DNA of 64,000 nucleotides, from contig CDMY01000395.1 of assembly GCA_001179505.1 (NCBI GenBank), positions 332,119 to 396,118 of the forward strand, given 5' to 3'. Source of the stretch: Vitrella brassicaformis CCMP3155. Its lineage: Eukaryota > Protista > Chromerida. The stretch's first letter is position 1. Each line of letters begins with the position of its first letter. This document shows positions 38,188 through 50,711 of this stretch, piece after piece. A program made the translations under genes and the position numbers. Below the pieces are notes generated by a model, which saw nothing but the letters and a program-made list of their open reading frames with translations, ran no database searches and was not told the origin of the DNA.

Positions 38188-40522
38188 CTAGCACTGGTCG
38201 TCATCTGAGTCCTCCTCCGTGCCGTCTCTGTCCTCGATGACCACCGCTTTGGTGCTCTGCGCCGTGGAGCTGTCTCCCAGCGGATGTAGGTGCAGCTTCC
38301 CTGAGCTTGTGAGTTCGTTGGTCAGGCGCCGGTCCAGACAGAGGTCGGTCCGCCAGTGCAGCTTGAGCACTCGCAGTAAGGCACGCAGCACGGCCTTGGT
38401 CTCCTCGGGGTTCTTGATCCACACTGTTGTGGCACAACTCCTGCATAGACGAAGACCCAACACACACAACATCATCAAATCGGCCGCTGGCTCGGTGAGT
38501 TGTGTGTGTGTGTGTGCGTGTGCGTACCTCGTGGCTCTGTCATTGCCCGTGTTCAGGAACTGGTCTCCCACATGCAGGCACTCGTGTGGCTTGAGATCGA
38601 GGTAGTGCTGCAGACCCAAGACGCCCACGAACTTGTTCCCGACATCCACCCAGCTGTCATTGCCTCCGTTGAAGGCACAAAACGGCACAGTCAGGCCTGA
38701 CACACACTCCACACAGACACACGCCTATGAACATGTTTGCAGGCACGCGAGTGTGAGGGCTGACCGGCTTGTCTGATGGCGTCTTTGATGCGCAGCACTA
38801 CTTCGTCCAGAATCTCGCGGCGCAGGCCACCTGCACCCGAACCTTCCGGCACCAGATGACGACCTGCATCAATCACATCAGCGCACGGGAGGCCGACGTT
38901 TCTGGCTATGTGGCTGCCTTGGATCTCCGTACCTTCGTATCCCCCAGGTACGATGCCAACAGCCTTCTCCTTTCGGATGAGCTTGACGCGCAACTTGAGG
39001 TCTTTCATCGCATCCTCCATGGTGCTCTGATAACAGACAGAAAAAGACACACGGCACTGCGGAGCTAGGTATGCCTGGACCCCTCATGGCTGTGCTGCCC
39101 GCGCGTGCCTGTGCTAGGTCCAGCAGAGTTTTGCACTGGGCTTCGTCGAATCGGAAGCCCGGCTGGAGGGGCTTCCACTCGTCCTCAAACACAGGGCTCA
39201 AGTGGTAGTCATCAGAGCCGTTGCACCTGACACAGACACCAGCAGCAGCAGCAGCAGCAGAACAACACGACACGGCACTCACCACATGACGTGACACATG
39301 CCATCTAGCTAGCTGTCCACACACTCACCGGAACAGGAAGTTGCACTCGGCCCCGAGGACGAAGAACCTGGATACGACGTGGGGCTTAATCTTCTGCTGA
39401 CGAAAGAAGTCCAGCAGACCTCTTATCCGGCCTTCGTACTTCTCGTGGTCATAACCGTAACCTACGCGTGACACTATGATCCACACAATCACACAGATGG
39501 CGTTGGTCATTTGTGTGTGCTGTGCGAAGTGGACCTGCTGCAGTGACGAGGGCAATGTTGACGTTGCTCTTGAGGAGCTGGGTGAGAAAGGAGGCCAGCT
39601 TCACTACACACACACACACATACACACATGGCCATCAAGGTGAGATGTGTGTGTGTGTGTATGGGAGCTGAGCTTCGTGCCTTACTTACCGTCATTGAAG
39701 AACTGTCCATCCGAGTAGAGCGTCTCGTCGCCATCAAATGTGATCAGACGCACACTGTCGCGCAGCGCCAACACCTACACGCGCCCGCGAGTGCATACAC
39801 ACCACACACCAAGAGTGAGTGGATGGGGCTGAAACGACTATGCACTGCACTGCCTTGATTTGTTTCGTGACTGACCTGCGCCACATTCAGTATGTGTCGG
39901 ACCTCATCAGTGGACGGGCCAACGAACTGGCGGGACGTCATGCAGTACTTGCTGTCATAGATGTCAAACGCCTGCGCCCATCCGCCCATCCATCCATCCA
40001 TCCATCCATTTATGCGCCCATCGTGCAAACAGCGGACGCACCTTGACGAGGGGCAGTGGCGTGAAGAAGTCAGCTACGCCCCTGCACAGCTGGGCCAGCC
40101 TGGTTTGGGCCCTCTGGTCTTCAGGAGCGGCACGGTAGTCATCTGACAACCAACAGTCAGACAGACGAGCACACAGCAATGAATGAACTGTTGAACCCAC
40201 CGGCTTTGTCCGCGATGATTCAGTGACTCACCGATGAGGTTTTGGAAGCACTGGAATGTGTATCTTGACTGCTGCGTCCGCTCATCTTTGGTCGTATTGA
40301 TGAGGAACACGTTATGCAGCGCACCTCGAATGGCCTCAACCAAGCTACTGCAGGCAGAAAGGCGGCGCACAGGCAGAGAAACACACCGGGGCTTCAAGTT
40401 CTTGACGTATTGTTCGCTCCATGTGTGCTGACTCACTCGGTTTGGAGTCCTCTGTCTGCGGTGTTGATTGGGTCGGGGCCGGTAAGGGAAGGAAGAGAGG
40501 CACTGCTCACTGACAAAGCCAT
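38188..40522 (-). CDS. ISN1: IMP-specific 5'-nucleotidase (HAD superfamily, ISN1 family)
   Basis: FFTPLPL, EVRHILNVAQ, HAD motif LITFDGDETLY, IALVTAA, AFNGGNDSWVDVGNK, LHVGDQFLNTGND, VWIKNPEET; multi-exon from MALSVSS (40522). Confidence 0.93.
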
Positions 40523-40664
40523 GAGATGAGATCAAAACGAAAAAACTGCTGCTTCTTTCTCGGGCGGAGAGAGTTAGGATTGAACACAACACGGATGCAA
40601 GCATGCATGGTTCACTATACAGTGGGAGGCCAACGAACTTCTCCAGCTCATACACGTGTGTCAT

Positions 40665-41979
40665 TCATGCATAGTCCAAAGAGTCCCAGTCAAAGGATGC
40701 CGGGAAGGCACGCTCAGGAGGAATCACAACTAGCATCACACTCCTTGCCTGTTCGAAGCACAGACGCACACGCGACCCAGGCAAATCCCAATACACACGG
40801 CCCTCATCCCTCTCTCTTGCATCCTGGGCCTCCACCAGTGCTGACAGCCACCTCTCTGCCTCAGACAAAGGCAGGCGGCACATGACTGTCGGGTCTTCAC
40901 TCAGCGGCTCGGCGAGAGGGGCCGGACTGAGATAGGGATTGCCTCCGATGCACAGAACGACCGGCTCGCGGGCCTCTTCTCCATCATTGGCTGCGTCTAT
41001 CCATTGCTGACAAAGACCCTGAAGAAATACGGTGACACGCGAACACTTAGCCTTCCCTGTCTGTGCTGTGCGCATAGCTGCTCACTTGAACGAGTGTGTG
41101 GGCCTCTCCAGCAGTCGAGCACCGCAGAGCCACCACACGGCCCTCACGAATGTCCGCAGTGACGTCGCCGACCAAGTCGATTGTCGCTTTGTCGATCATG
41201 ACGATGGGCGAAACGCTGCGGCGGTCGTGACATATGCCGGCCACAGAAAGAGCAGCCACAAAGGTGTCGGGACTCGGCAGGATCTCAAGCCTGCAGCCAT
41301 TGTCGTCTTCTGTGAGAGTCTGTGTGATCGATGCCACGCACTGAGCCAGCCGGCCTTCTTGTTGCCCAACTCCAAGAGACTCGTTTCCACAGTAGAGCAG
41401 GAACACCGACACACGGCGGCCGTCAGAACTCGTCGCCTCCTCCAGCACCGCCTCGAGAGAGAGCCGATCGGCCACAGTCTCTCCACCCTCAAGGCGCACC
41501 AGCTCGGCTTCCCTCCCATCTTCATCACATAAGAAGGCCAACACAGTCTTCTGAGTCGTCCCCCGCATCGCAGCTCCCAGCAGGCGACCCACAGACGGTG
41601 GGCAGCGCAGACAAAGAGTGTTGCCGCCCTCCTCGAACGTATCTCCGACGACGATGACGTGTGAGGCCTCGAGCAGCTGCAGAGCCCGGAGCGACACATC
41701 AGCGGCGTGGCTCAGCTCATCGGGGCACACATAGAGGTGCAGCAGACGGCAGGGGCCAGACGACGGTGCTTGCAGAGAGCTCCCCCGACGCTTCTTGCCC
41801 CTCTTGGCAGACATCGTGGGGTGCCATCTTCCCCGCAATGAAGCCGGACGGTTGCGAATGGTAGGCGAGACGAATGCAGCAGCTGTAGAGCCTGTCCGCA
41901 GCGGCAGAAGCGTCATGGCTGAGGAGGGCGAAGGCGTTTGCCGCCCGGTGAGTGCCAGCACGAAGATCTTCCATTGCAT
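40665..41979 (-). CDS. Divergent RsmI-like tetrapyrrole-methylase-fold protein with bipartite plastid leader; 2 exons
   Basis: LYVCPDELSHAADVSLRALQLLEASHVIVVGDT resembles the RsmI N-terminus; EILPSPDTFVAALSVAGI resembles VVPIPGPSA..AALS.SG; leader contains AAAFV. Confidence 0.6.
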
Positions 41980-42293
41980 CCGGCGTCAGACTTCCGTCGT
42001 GCCGCTTCTGGTCATCAAGCTGATCTCCATCAATCACGACCGAGCAGTTTCACGCAACGCCCTAGGCCCAACTTAACACACCTCTGGTGGTATGCACAGT
42101 AGCAGATATGAGATGCACACACCACCAGACACGCAGCCCGCCCTGCCGCCCGCCCGCCCGCCAGACAGTCAGTCAGTCAGCTACTTCTGTGGGGTTCCTT
42201 GGCGCCAGTCAGCCTGCAGAACACACTCAACACCCACACAATCCGTACCACCAGGTACTCTCTGCATCATCGGGGTGGTTCCCCACCCCGTAC

Positions 42294-44012
42294 CTAAGGC
42301 GCCTGGCCGTCGAGCACGATGGGTGCGATGGGACCGAGGATGCGACGGACTTTGGCGGCAGTCAGGGGGAATCGCTGGGCGAAGGGGGCGTCATGAGGGA
42401 CACCTGCTGCTGGGGCCTCGCTGGTTGTGATGATGACGTGCACTGCATGCAGACAACAGGAGAGCAGATGATTAGACGACACGACAGCATGAGGATGTGT
42501 TGTCAACGTGAATGCGTACCGTCCTGGTTGTCAGCTGGGAGAAGGACAAAGGAAATGTATGCGATGAACGGGTCGGCGGCCGTCATCAGCACATGCGACC
42601 GCGCACAGGTCCCACTGGCCGCCTCAAATGCCGTCACGTCTGAGCACTCGTCAAGGGCCGTGTGTGGTGATCGAGTCATGATGCGGTCGAGGTGGCCCCC
42701 ACGCACACGACTGACAGACACATCAATAACGCACCACCTAGCCATTTGCCCTCTCATTAGCTGCCGTCCATCCACTCACCGGTCCACCACTACCGTTGGC
42801 GAGTGGTTGAAGCCGCCCACAGCCAACACCTGGTGACTAGCAGCAGATGCTTCAGCATGGAACTCGCCGATGCGTCAACGGGCCCATTGTTGACACCAAC
42901 TGTCGCCCAGCCCACACCGTTCTGCCACTGAATGTTGTGGCGGACGGGCGGGTCGTGTGGCTTGGCGTGGTGGGTGAAGGGGTGCTGCGAGAAGGGATGG
43001 ACGGGGCGGTTGGGCTGGGGGAGGGGCGGGTTGATCGTGATGATGAAGCCGGGCTGATTGCGGATGATCCGGAGCTCGTTGTTGTGGCGAAACAGCTCGA
43101 GTGTGCCGTCTTGCTGGCCAGTGGGGCGGCGAAAGGCCACACGCCGGCCGACGAGCATCCACTGGGCACAGAAACGGGGCAGCGCCAAGAAGTCCTGAAT
43201 GAAGACCACACACTCCAACATCCAGCAGCTCGCCTATTGCCTCTTCTGTGTGTCGTGTCTACCGCCTTGGTGGCGTGTGTCGGCAGGTCTCCAGCAGTCA
43301 TAGTGACCGGCAGCTGGCAATAGCCGCAGTGCTCCGAGAGTCTCAGTGTGTCGGCCACCTCCCGCCAGCCGCCCTCGCCCCCCTCCTCCACCACCCACAT
43401 GGCCTTCATCACATCGCCGTGGCTCAGCTGATCGTCGAACTGCACCACACCACTCAGCCCCACCCGCTCGATGGCCTTCGGCAGCCGAAGGCGGCGGACG
43501 ATCGGCCGGAGGGCATTTTTGATGGGTCGGGCTGTCGACTTGAGGTGGGCGACGGCGGTAAGGTCAGACAGCTCCAGGATGACGCTCATGGGGTTGGCGG
43601 GAATGTCAGTCAGGTGCAACCGTCGCGCTTGATGACACACAGACAGAAGGACATGCACACAACACAGCACATAAGAGGTGCACACCACATCAGTGTGGGT
43701 CTTGTGTTTGTGCCTGCCTGTGGTCACTCCCCCACTCACATGTGTGCGGCGATGTCTTGTGAGTGCGATGGTCGAGTTGATGGTCTCTGCCAACTCGGCC
43801 AGCACGTTCGACACAGCAGCAAATTGACGACTCACCTTGGCCACCATCTGACGAATGAATCAACACGACGAGAGCAACGCCAAGCAAAGGAGACTCCACA
43901 GACACACAGAGGGCCTTGTGGTGTGTGGTGTGCTTGGCAGCCTGCCGCACTAGTGGTGCCATCGAAGCAGCGGTGTCCATCTGCAGAAGTTGGTCGATGC
44001 AGCTGTTGACCT

Positions 44013-44044
<32 letters not shown>

Positions 44045-44297
44045 AGCAGCCGATGAGCTTTGGATGCACTGCATGGAATGGACGAGTCGGTTGTGTGTTG
44101 GTCAGCTGATACCTGAGCCTGCTTCGTCCGATAGCCTTCCACCTGGGGCAGCAGCTGCGCCCGTATCACCGCGCTCATCTGCACCAAACCGAATGACAAA
44201 CCACACACAGACAGCACAAGTGATTCACGTCATGATGTAGGGATTTGCCTGGCCTGCAGCTCCCTCTTCTCACCTGGGCGGCGGCACTGGCAGCCAT
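42294..44297 (-). pseudogene. F-box-like lineage-specific gene, copy 2, with -1 frameshift near 42836
   Basis: Same exon structure as 12970-14972 (LHLTDIPANPMSVILELSDLTAVAHLKSTARPIK). It is one base shorter than copy 1 at ctagtcacc (minus strand), which shifts the frame before LAVGGF. Confidence 0.7.
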
Positions 44298-44591
44298 CGT
44301 GCGACCAAGTCGCGAAAGCTATGGATCGGAGTGCTGTCTTGCGGCTTCAACGGGCTCTTCACGCCATGATACACTCTGTGAAAGAGAGCTCAAAAGCTCG
44401 CAGTTGAGCTCGCAAGGCAGGGGAGAGGAAAGGAAGGAAGGAGGGCCCTCCCGAGCCATTCTGGTGTTTCTGATACAGCACTGTCGTTCAACTGCAACAA
44501 TAACGTCTTCAGGTGACCCAGATTCAACAAGCCACCGGGGATTGGCATGGCAGCACGCTATGTCCGTCGTGTTTCGTGTCTGGTCCATCAG

Positions 44592-45620
44592 ATGAATGAG
44601 TCGCCAAGTGCGAGTGAGGAGTCGCTGTCGCTCATGGGCATGATGTGGCGAGCGGTGCGGAGCATAGCCATCGCGTTTGCGCAGGAGCTGGCGGTCGAGA
44701 GCATCTGCCAGGCCGTCTGCCGATGCATGCCCTCGCTGCCCAGAAGCCACAAGGGACAAATCAAACGGATGCTCCACGCGGTGAGTGGGTGACACAGCGA
44801 CACACACACAACATAAGAAGGAAGAGTGTGCCACCACTCCCCCACCGCTTCTTGTGTGTGTGTGTGTGTGTGTTTGATGCAGGTGTTGAATTCCATCGGT
44901 CGCGGCCACCGTCGTCAGGCGTGGCGTTCGCTCCGCAGCATCGCACTGCTCGTCCAGCCGCACGTTGAGACCGTCGAGAACGCCGAGATTCTCGCCATAC
45001 TTATACAGCTCCTGCCGTCCGACTTCGTCGAGCCCCCCATGCCAGACGACGCCGCAGCCAGTAGTGCGCCGTCGAGCAGCAGCAGCAGCGGTGTCCACTG
45101 CTCGCCCTCAGCTTCATCTTCATCAGCAGCGTGGATCGAGAACCCTTCTGCCAGCTACGGGTACAATCCCGACCACTCAGCGAGGCGGGACGACGTCCAC
45201 CATGACGCCACACACGCCCATGCGTCGCCATCAGCCACATCTGCCCTCGACCAGCGGCTGACGAACCGGTACGGCATCACGGCGTCTTCGGTGAGAGCCC
45301 TTCCAGCGAGGCGGAAGCGGGCCCTGCTGAGTGCGTTGGACAGCCAGCTGGGCGAGAACCTGCCGGCGGTGGAGCCCATCAGCTGCCCCATCACGCTCGA
45401 CGAGCTGTTCGACCCCGCCACCAAACACGTCAAGAACGATGTGGTGGTGATATTTGAGGACGACCAGGCCAGGGGCGGCACGCACTGCTACTTTTTCAAG
45501 GGCGAGGCGCTGCTCGAGTGGTTCAACGAGGGCACGGCAAACACCGCCATCAACCCACTCACACGCAGCGAGATACTCGCGTCCAACTTCTGCAGACTCT
45601 CCGGCACACCACGGAATTGA
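44592..45620 (+). CDS. Protein with C-terminal U-box/RING-like (NleG-like) domain; 2 exons
   Basis: C-terminus ISCPITLDELFDP...HCYFFKGEALLEWF...INPLTRSEILAS, lacking a full Zn-ligand set; intron 44780-44882. Confidence 0.7.
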
Positions 45621-46246
45621 AAGACATATCACGGAGAGGGAGGGAGGGAGGGAGGGGGGGCCGGCTGTTGCTGCTGGTGGGTTGGGGGGCGGGGGGTGAT
45701 GTGTACACAGAGGGCATTTTTCGTGCTTCCGAGATGGAGCGCTAGACTTCCTTATGTGGGGCGTGCGTGGTGATGTGCTAATTCGTCTTGATGTGGGCAG
45801 GGCTGCTCGGAGGGCGCTGTTTCTCCTCGTGCAGCATATCACGTTTGGGATGTGTCGGCTGAGACGCATTCAAACGAGATGTGCTGATTGGAGGGGCAAC
45901 AGCGTCTTTCAGACGCCCTGCAGACCATGAGCCTTGGCGAGCATCTCAGTGACCTGACTGACGAGCCCGTGTCAATGGATAGTCGGACTTCGTCTGTTTT
46001 GCTGAATCGAGTGCGTGTGTGTTGCAGGCAGAACTAACGACGCATTCGAGCAAGAAATGAGTCAGTCCCTGATTCAAGCAAAGCAGTCCAAACCGCCACC
46101 CACATACCACTGTCTGGCTTACACAACACAACATAACACACGATGGATGGAATGGGAGCATCCACGCCACGCACGAGTGTCCACACACACATGCATAGCA
46201 GAGGCAAGGCAAGGCAAGGCAAGGTAAGGCATCTATCTAAGTGTGC

Positions 46247-49200
46247 TCATCTAACACCATCATAGTATGACCTTCTAGGCGGGCCGCCCCCTCTCCCTCC
46301 CCGCCCCCCTCGGCCCCTCCCCCACTCACGGGGACCTAGACCATCATCGTAGCTAAATGGAGGAGCTCTGGGAGGCTGCATGGGCCCATCCATCCCACCA
46401 TCCATCTGCATCATCGGTGGTCGCTGGCCGACAGCCTGGGCCAGCCCAAGCCCAGGGATCATGGCGGGGTTGGGTGCGGGGCGACTCGGCGATCCTGAAG
46501 AATGATTGTCGTGGCTGTCGGGAGGCGGCGGTGGAGGTGGGGGCGGGACAGAACGCCCTGGCAGGTCCCACCCACGTTGCTGCGGCGGCCGCCAGGGCCT
46601 GTCAATTGGCGACTCACCCTTTGGTCCTTCGTGCCACGGAGCTGGCGTTGGTCCTTCGTGCCATGGGGCTGGCCGAGGGCCGCGGGGGTACTCCCTCCCG
46701 TCTCTCATGGGCGGGCTATGCATGCCTGGTCCTCTCATGTCGTCAGGGGGCGGGGGAGGGGGAGGCCGCATGCGGGGCGACCATACACGACCTCTGCCGG
46801 GCCGGAAGGTGAGCGACGGAGGGGGAGGAGGGCCTCTGAGTTGAGTGACAAAGGCAAAACGCCAATCAGTAAGACACTCATGATCATTTGTTCTTGTCTG
46901 TCTGTGTCCTTCCTGCCTTACCCGTGCATTAGACTGTCGTCGTGTGGACGCGGGTAGCGCGACTCCATGATCGCCTCACGCAGGGGCGGATATCCCCCAC
47001 CAGCGTCCATATGCGGCTCGACACCGCGCCTCTGCGGCTCGAATCGCAGCAGTGCCTCGTTCGGTGGGTGATGGTAAGGGCCCGGCACTGCAGGTGGTGT
47101 GTGGGAGATGGAAGGGGCGGGAGGCGGCATTGGTGGCTGCACGTTCGCCTGTGCGCCTTGTGTGACCAGCGTCAGCAGCGCCGTGGCGAGCTCTGGCGGT
47201 ACGTTGAGGGGCAGAGAGGGGTCCAGACCGACACTCGTTGCCAAAGGAGATGGGGGTGGTGGTGGCTGTGTCGCTCCGATGACTGTGGGTATGGGGCTGG
47301 GCTGGCTCGCTGATGGTTGGGGTGCAGCGGGGCCATCGGTCCATTGGCGTTTGCGGCGGCGTGACGCGCCGCCCTCTTTGTCCTTCTTGCCGTTGTCAGC
47401 AGGAGCCCCTGAGCCGTTCCCTGACATCATTGCAATGGCAGCACACACACAATGGGCGTGGGTGGAGGGAGGGGCCCAGCCATGCCCGCTCTCTTCCTCA
47501 CCTGTCGTGGCGCCCGTGTCAGGTCCGTCGGCTGTCGCGGCCCCTCCTGCTGTTGCTGTTGCTGCCTCTATGCCGAGCATTTCGTCGGCCACCAGCGGTG
47601 GGATCTTGCCGCTCGTCATCAGCATGTACATCTCCATCAGCTGCCCGTCCAGCACCTCCTTGGGCGCGCGATCGGTCGGGGGGTCGGGGGGCTTCGGCAG
47701 AAGCGACGACTTGCTCGTGTCGTCCTCCCTCTTGCTCTCGTCGGCGGTGGCCGCCTTCGCCTTGTCAGGCGAGCCGTCTCGTTTGCTGACCGCGGCTTTG
47801 GTGGGCGAGGTGGCCATGTCCACCATGCCGCCGCCGTAAGCTCCATCATCCGCTCCGAAGCCCATGGTGATGTCGTCACTCTTCTGCGATGGGAGCCGCT
47901 CCAGCTGCCTCTGGTGGCTATTGGGCGCGTCCTGCTGGGCTGCCTCACCGTTCTTGTCGTCTTGTGGCGTGTGTGCTGGGGCCAGTGGAGCGTCGGCCTC
48001 TGGTGCTAGTGCTGGTATGGCGGATGGGGCCTCCTTGGTTGCTGCTGCTGCTGCTGCTGCTGAAGGGGTGTCAGCTGATGGGGCCTTGTCGGCGCCGTTT
48101 TGGTCGTCCTCGATGGGGACGCTGCCGCACACCACCAAATGCGCCTTCAGGTGACTACGGAGACACACACACACACACACAGACACAATGCAGGGCAAGA
48201 ATGTCGTGTGTGTCCTCCCTCATGTGTGCTGCTCCCTCCTGTCCGGCACGGCTTGGGGCTTGGCTTACTGTTGGACGTCTCCGATTTTGAGTGAGTGGCA
48301 GTGGAATAGCTGCTCCAGCTGCTCGTCGGCGCCGCACAGCACGACCTGATGGCAGACGAACGACGACACACATAAAGAGATATATTGCAGAGATCGCGGC
48401 GTGGCGGCAAGGTCTTACGTTTGGATGTCCCGGCATCATGAGGTTCTTGCTCTGGCAGTGATCGCGGAAACGCTGCAGACACGAGAGAGACAGACACAAG
48501 CATGGAACAAGGGCAGACGACGAGATGAGATGCGTGTGCTGTGCGCTCAAGATTCCCACCTTGAGTATGACGTCTAGTATGCCCCCCTCTATGCCCAAGA
48601 TGGCCTGCACCTCATCTGACAACCTGACACAACCAACATGCAGCGCACACACACACACACACACACCGCCATGACAAACAGACACCTATGGCCGTTTCCC
48701 CCCTCGCGGATCCGTTCACTCACTTGTAGACGGCCTGGTGGCCGGGAGGGACGGTGACGGTCTTGGACTTCCGCTGCTTGGCCTTGCTCTTGGCCTTCAG
48801 GCTCACGCCTGCTGCCAATGCGCCCCTCCCAGGGGAGCCCGTCACCGACCCCTCAGACGAGCCCGCACCAATCACAGCTGAGGAAGACTGACCACCGCCC
48901 GTCTGGCACAGACACACACACACACACACACACATGTAAGTATCTCTGCTGTGCTTTGCGTGCGGTGGTGGATTGGGTGCACGGCATAGGATGCTCACCC
49001 CAGAGTCGCTGGCGAGCAGTCTCTTGGCTGTCTGCAGGTCGGTGCTCTTCTGCTGCAGGCCCTCCTTGACGGCCAGCAGGAAGGCATCGGTGGGCAGACC
49101 CGCACTCACCGCCTTGGCCGACAACGCCGTCACCCAGCCGCGCAACTCGCTCTCCAGGAACGGCTACATCCAAGCAACGTAGGAGCATTCTCACATGGCG

Positions 49201-50679
49201 TCTCTCTCTCTCTCTCTCCTTCTTACTTGGTTGGACACTTGTGTGATTCGAACGGGCTGCGTCGAGTCGTTGACGCGTATCTCGATGAAAAAGGCCACTG
49301 TGGACTCGTCGACGCGATACGGGGGAGACTCCGCCAGACCTGAAGCAGTCAGGCCACCACTCAAGTGACAGGACTGAGAAGAGCCGCATATTCCGCCGGC
49401 CTACTAACCTGTGATTTCGGCGATTTCGAATGTGTTGACGTTGGTGCCGGGCTTGGGGGGGCCACTCACCACACGAGCTAGAGCTGCAGGCAGACACACA
49501 CACACACACACACACAAATGCAAGATTGGCCCCTCCTTGGGGCTTCCCTCCCTGCTCACCTCCTGTGGTGCACTGGCGAGCCGTGACCACAGGCAGCTGC
49601 AGGAACCTGAGAAGCACCATCCCATTATCCAAGGCACACACACAGAGGCACCATGCACCACCAAGCCTAGCCTGTTCTGTCTTCCCGTTTCCCTCCCATT
49701 TGCGTCCCCCTCACCCACCTAGTCAGGTCGGCTCGCGAGAGTCTGAGCTCCTCGATGAAACCCAGCCCAAAAGGCAGACTCTCGGCTGCAGCCCCTTCGC
49801 CGCCGCCTACGGCAGTCGGCTGCTGTCCGCCCCCCTGCTGCTTGACCGCCATGCTCTGCTGAAAGACGCTCTGCAGGGCCCGCTGCATCTCGTCTGCACT
49901 CATCATCTCGCAGATCGCCGCACCGGTGTCATTGTCGACGGGCGACCACCTCGGCTCCTCCCTACTGCCGTCTCTATCTCTAACAACGCCATGGCGGCCA
50001 TGCCGCTCCCTCTCCCTGTCCCTCTCTCTGGGCGGTCGGTCCCTCTCCCTCTCTCTGTCCCGATCTCGAGACCGATCTCGGTCTCGCACCCACTCTCTGT
50101 CTCGCAGGTCCCTGTCACGGCTGCGGCTCCTGCGGCTCCTCGCGTCACGCTCACTCCAACGCCTATCACGCCCTCGTGGGCTGAACCGCTGCCGGTCTCG
50201 GCCACGGTCACGGCCTCGGTCCCTGTCACGGTCACGGAACGGCGGCCGGTCGTCCCTCCTGTCGCAGAAGCGCTCACGTGAGCCCGATGAACGCATTGGC
50301 TCGCGGAGGTCACGATCACGGTCGTTGGGTCGATCTGGCGGCGAGGGGTATGGCTGTGGTGGGGGCTGTTGCTGTGGCTGTGATGGAGCCTCCGGCTGCT
50401 CGGGGGCCGATGACGCAGCTGCGGATGAAGACGCCACCTAAACACAAAGAGGAGAGGAGGAGAGGCACAGGCAAGAGTCTTCTTCTTGAATGCGGTGCGT
50501 CTTGTGTGTCCCTACCGACCTGTGCTTGTTGCGACATGGCTGCCGTTCCCTGTGGAAGTGGCGGTGGCGGTGGCGGGGGAGGCGGTGTGGGCTTGACAGC
50601 AGCTGGCTGGGGAGAGACCGATACGCCAGTGGCCACCCTACCAGCTGGGGTCGGCGTCGTACCAGTAGGCTTGCGTTTC

Positions 50680-50711
<32 letters not shown>

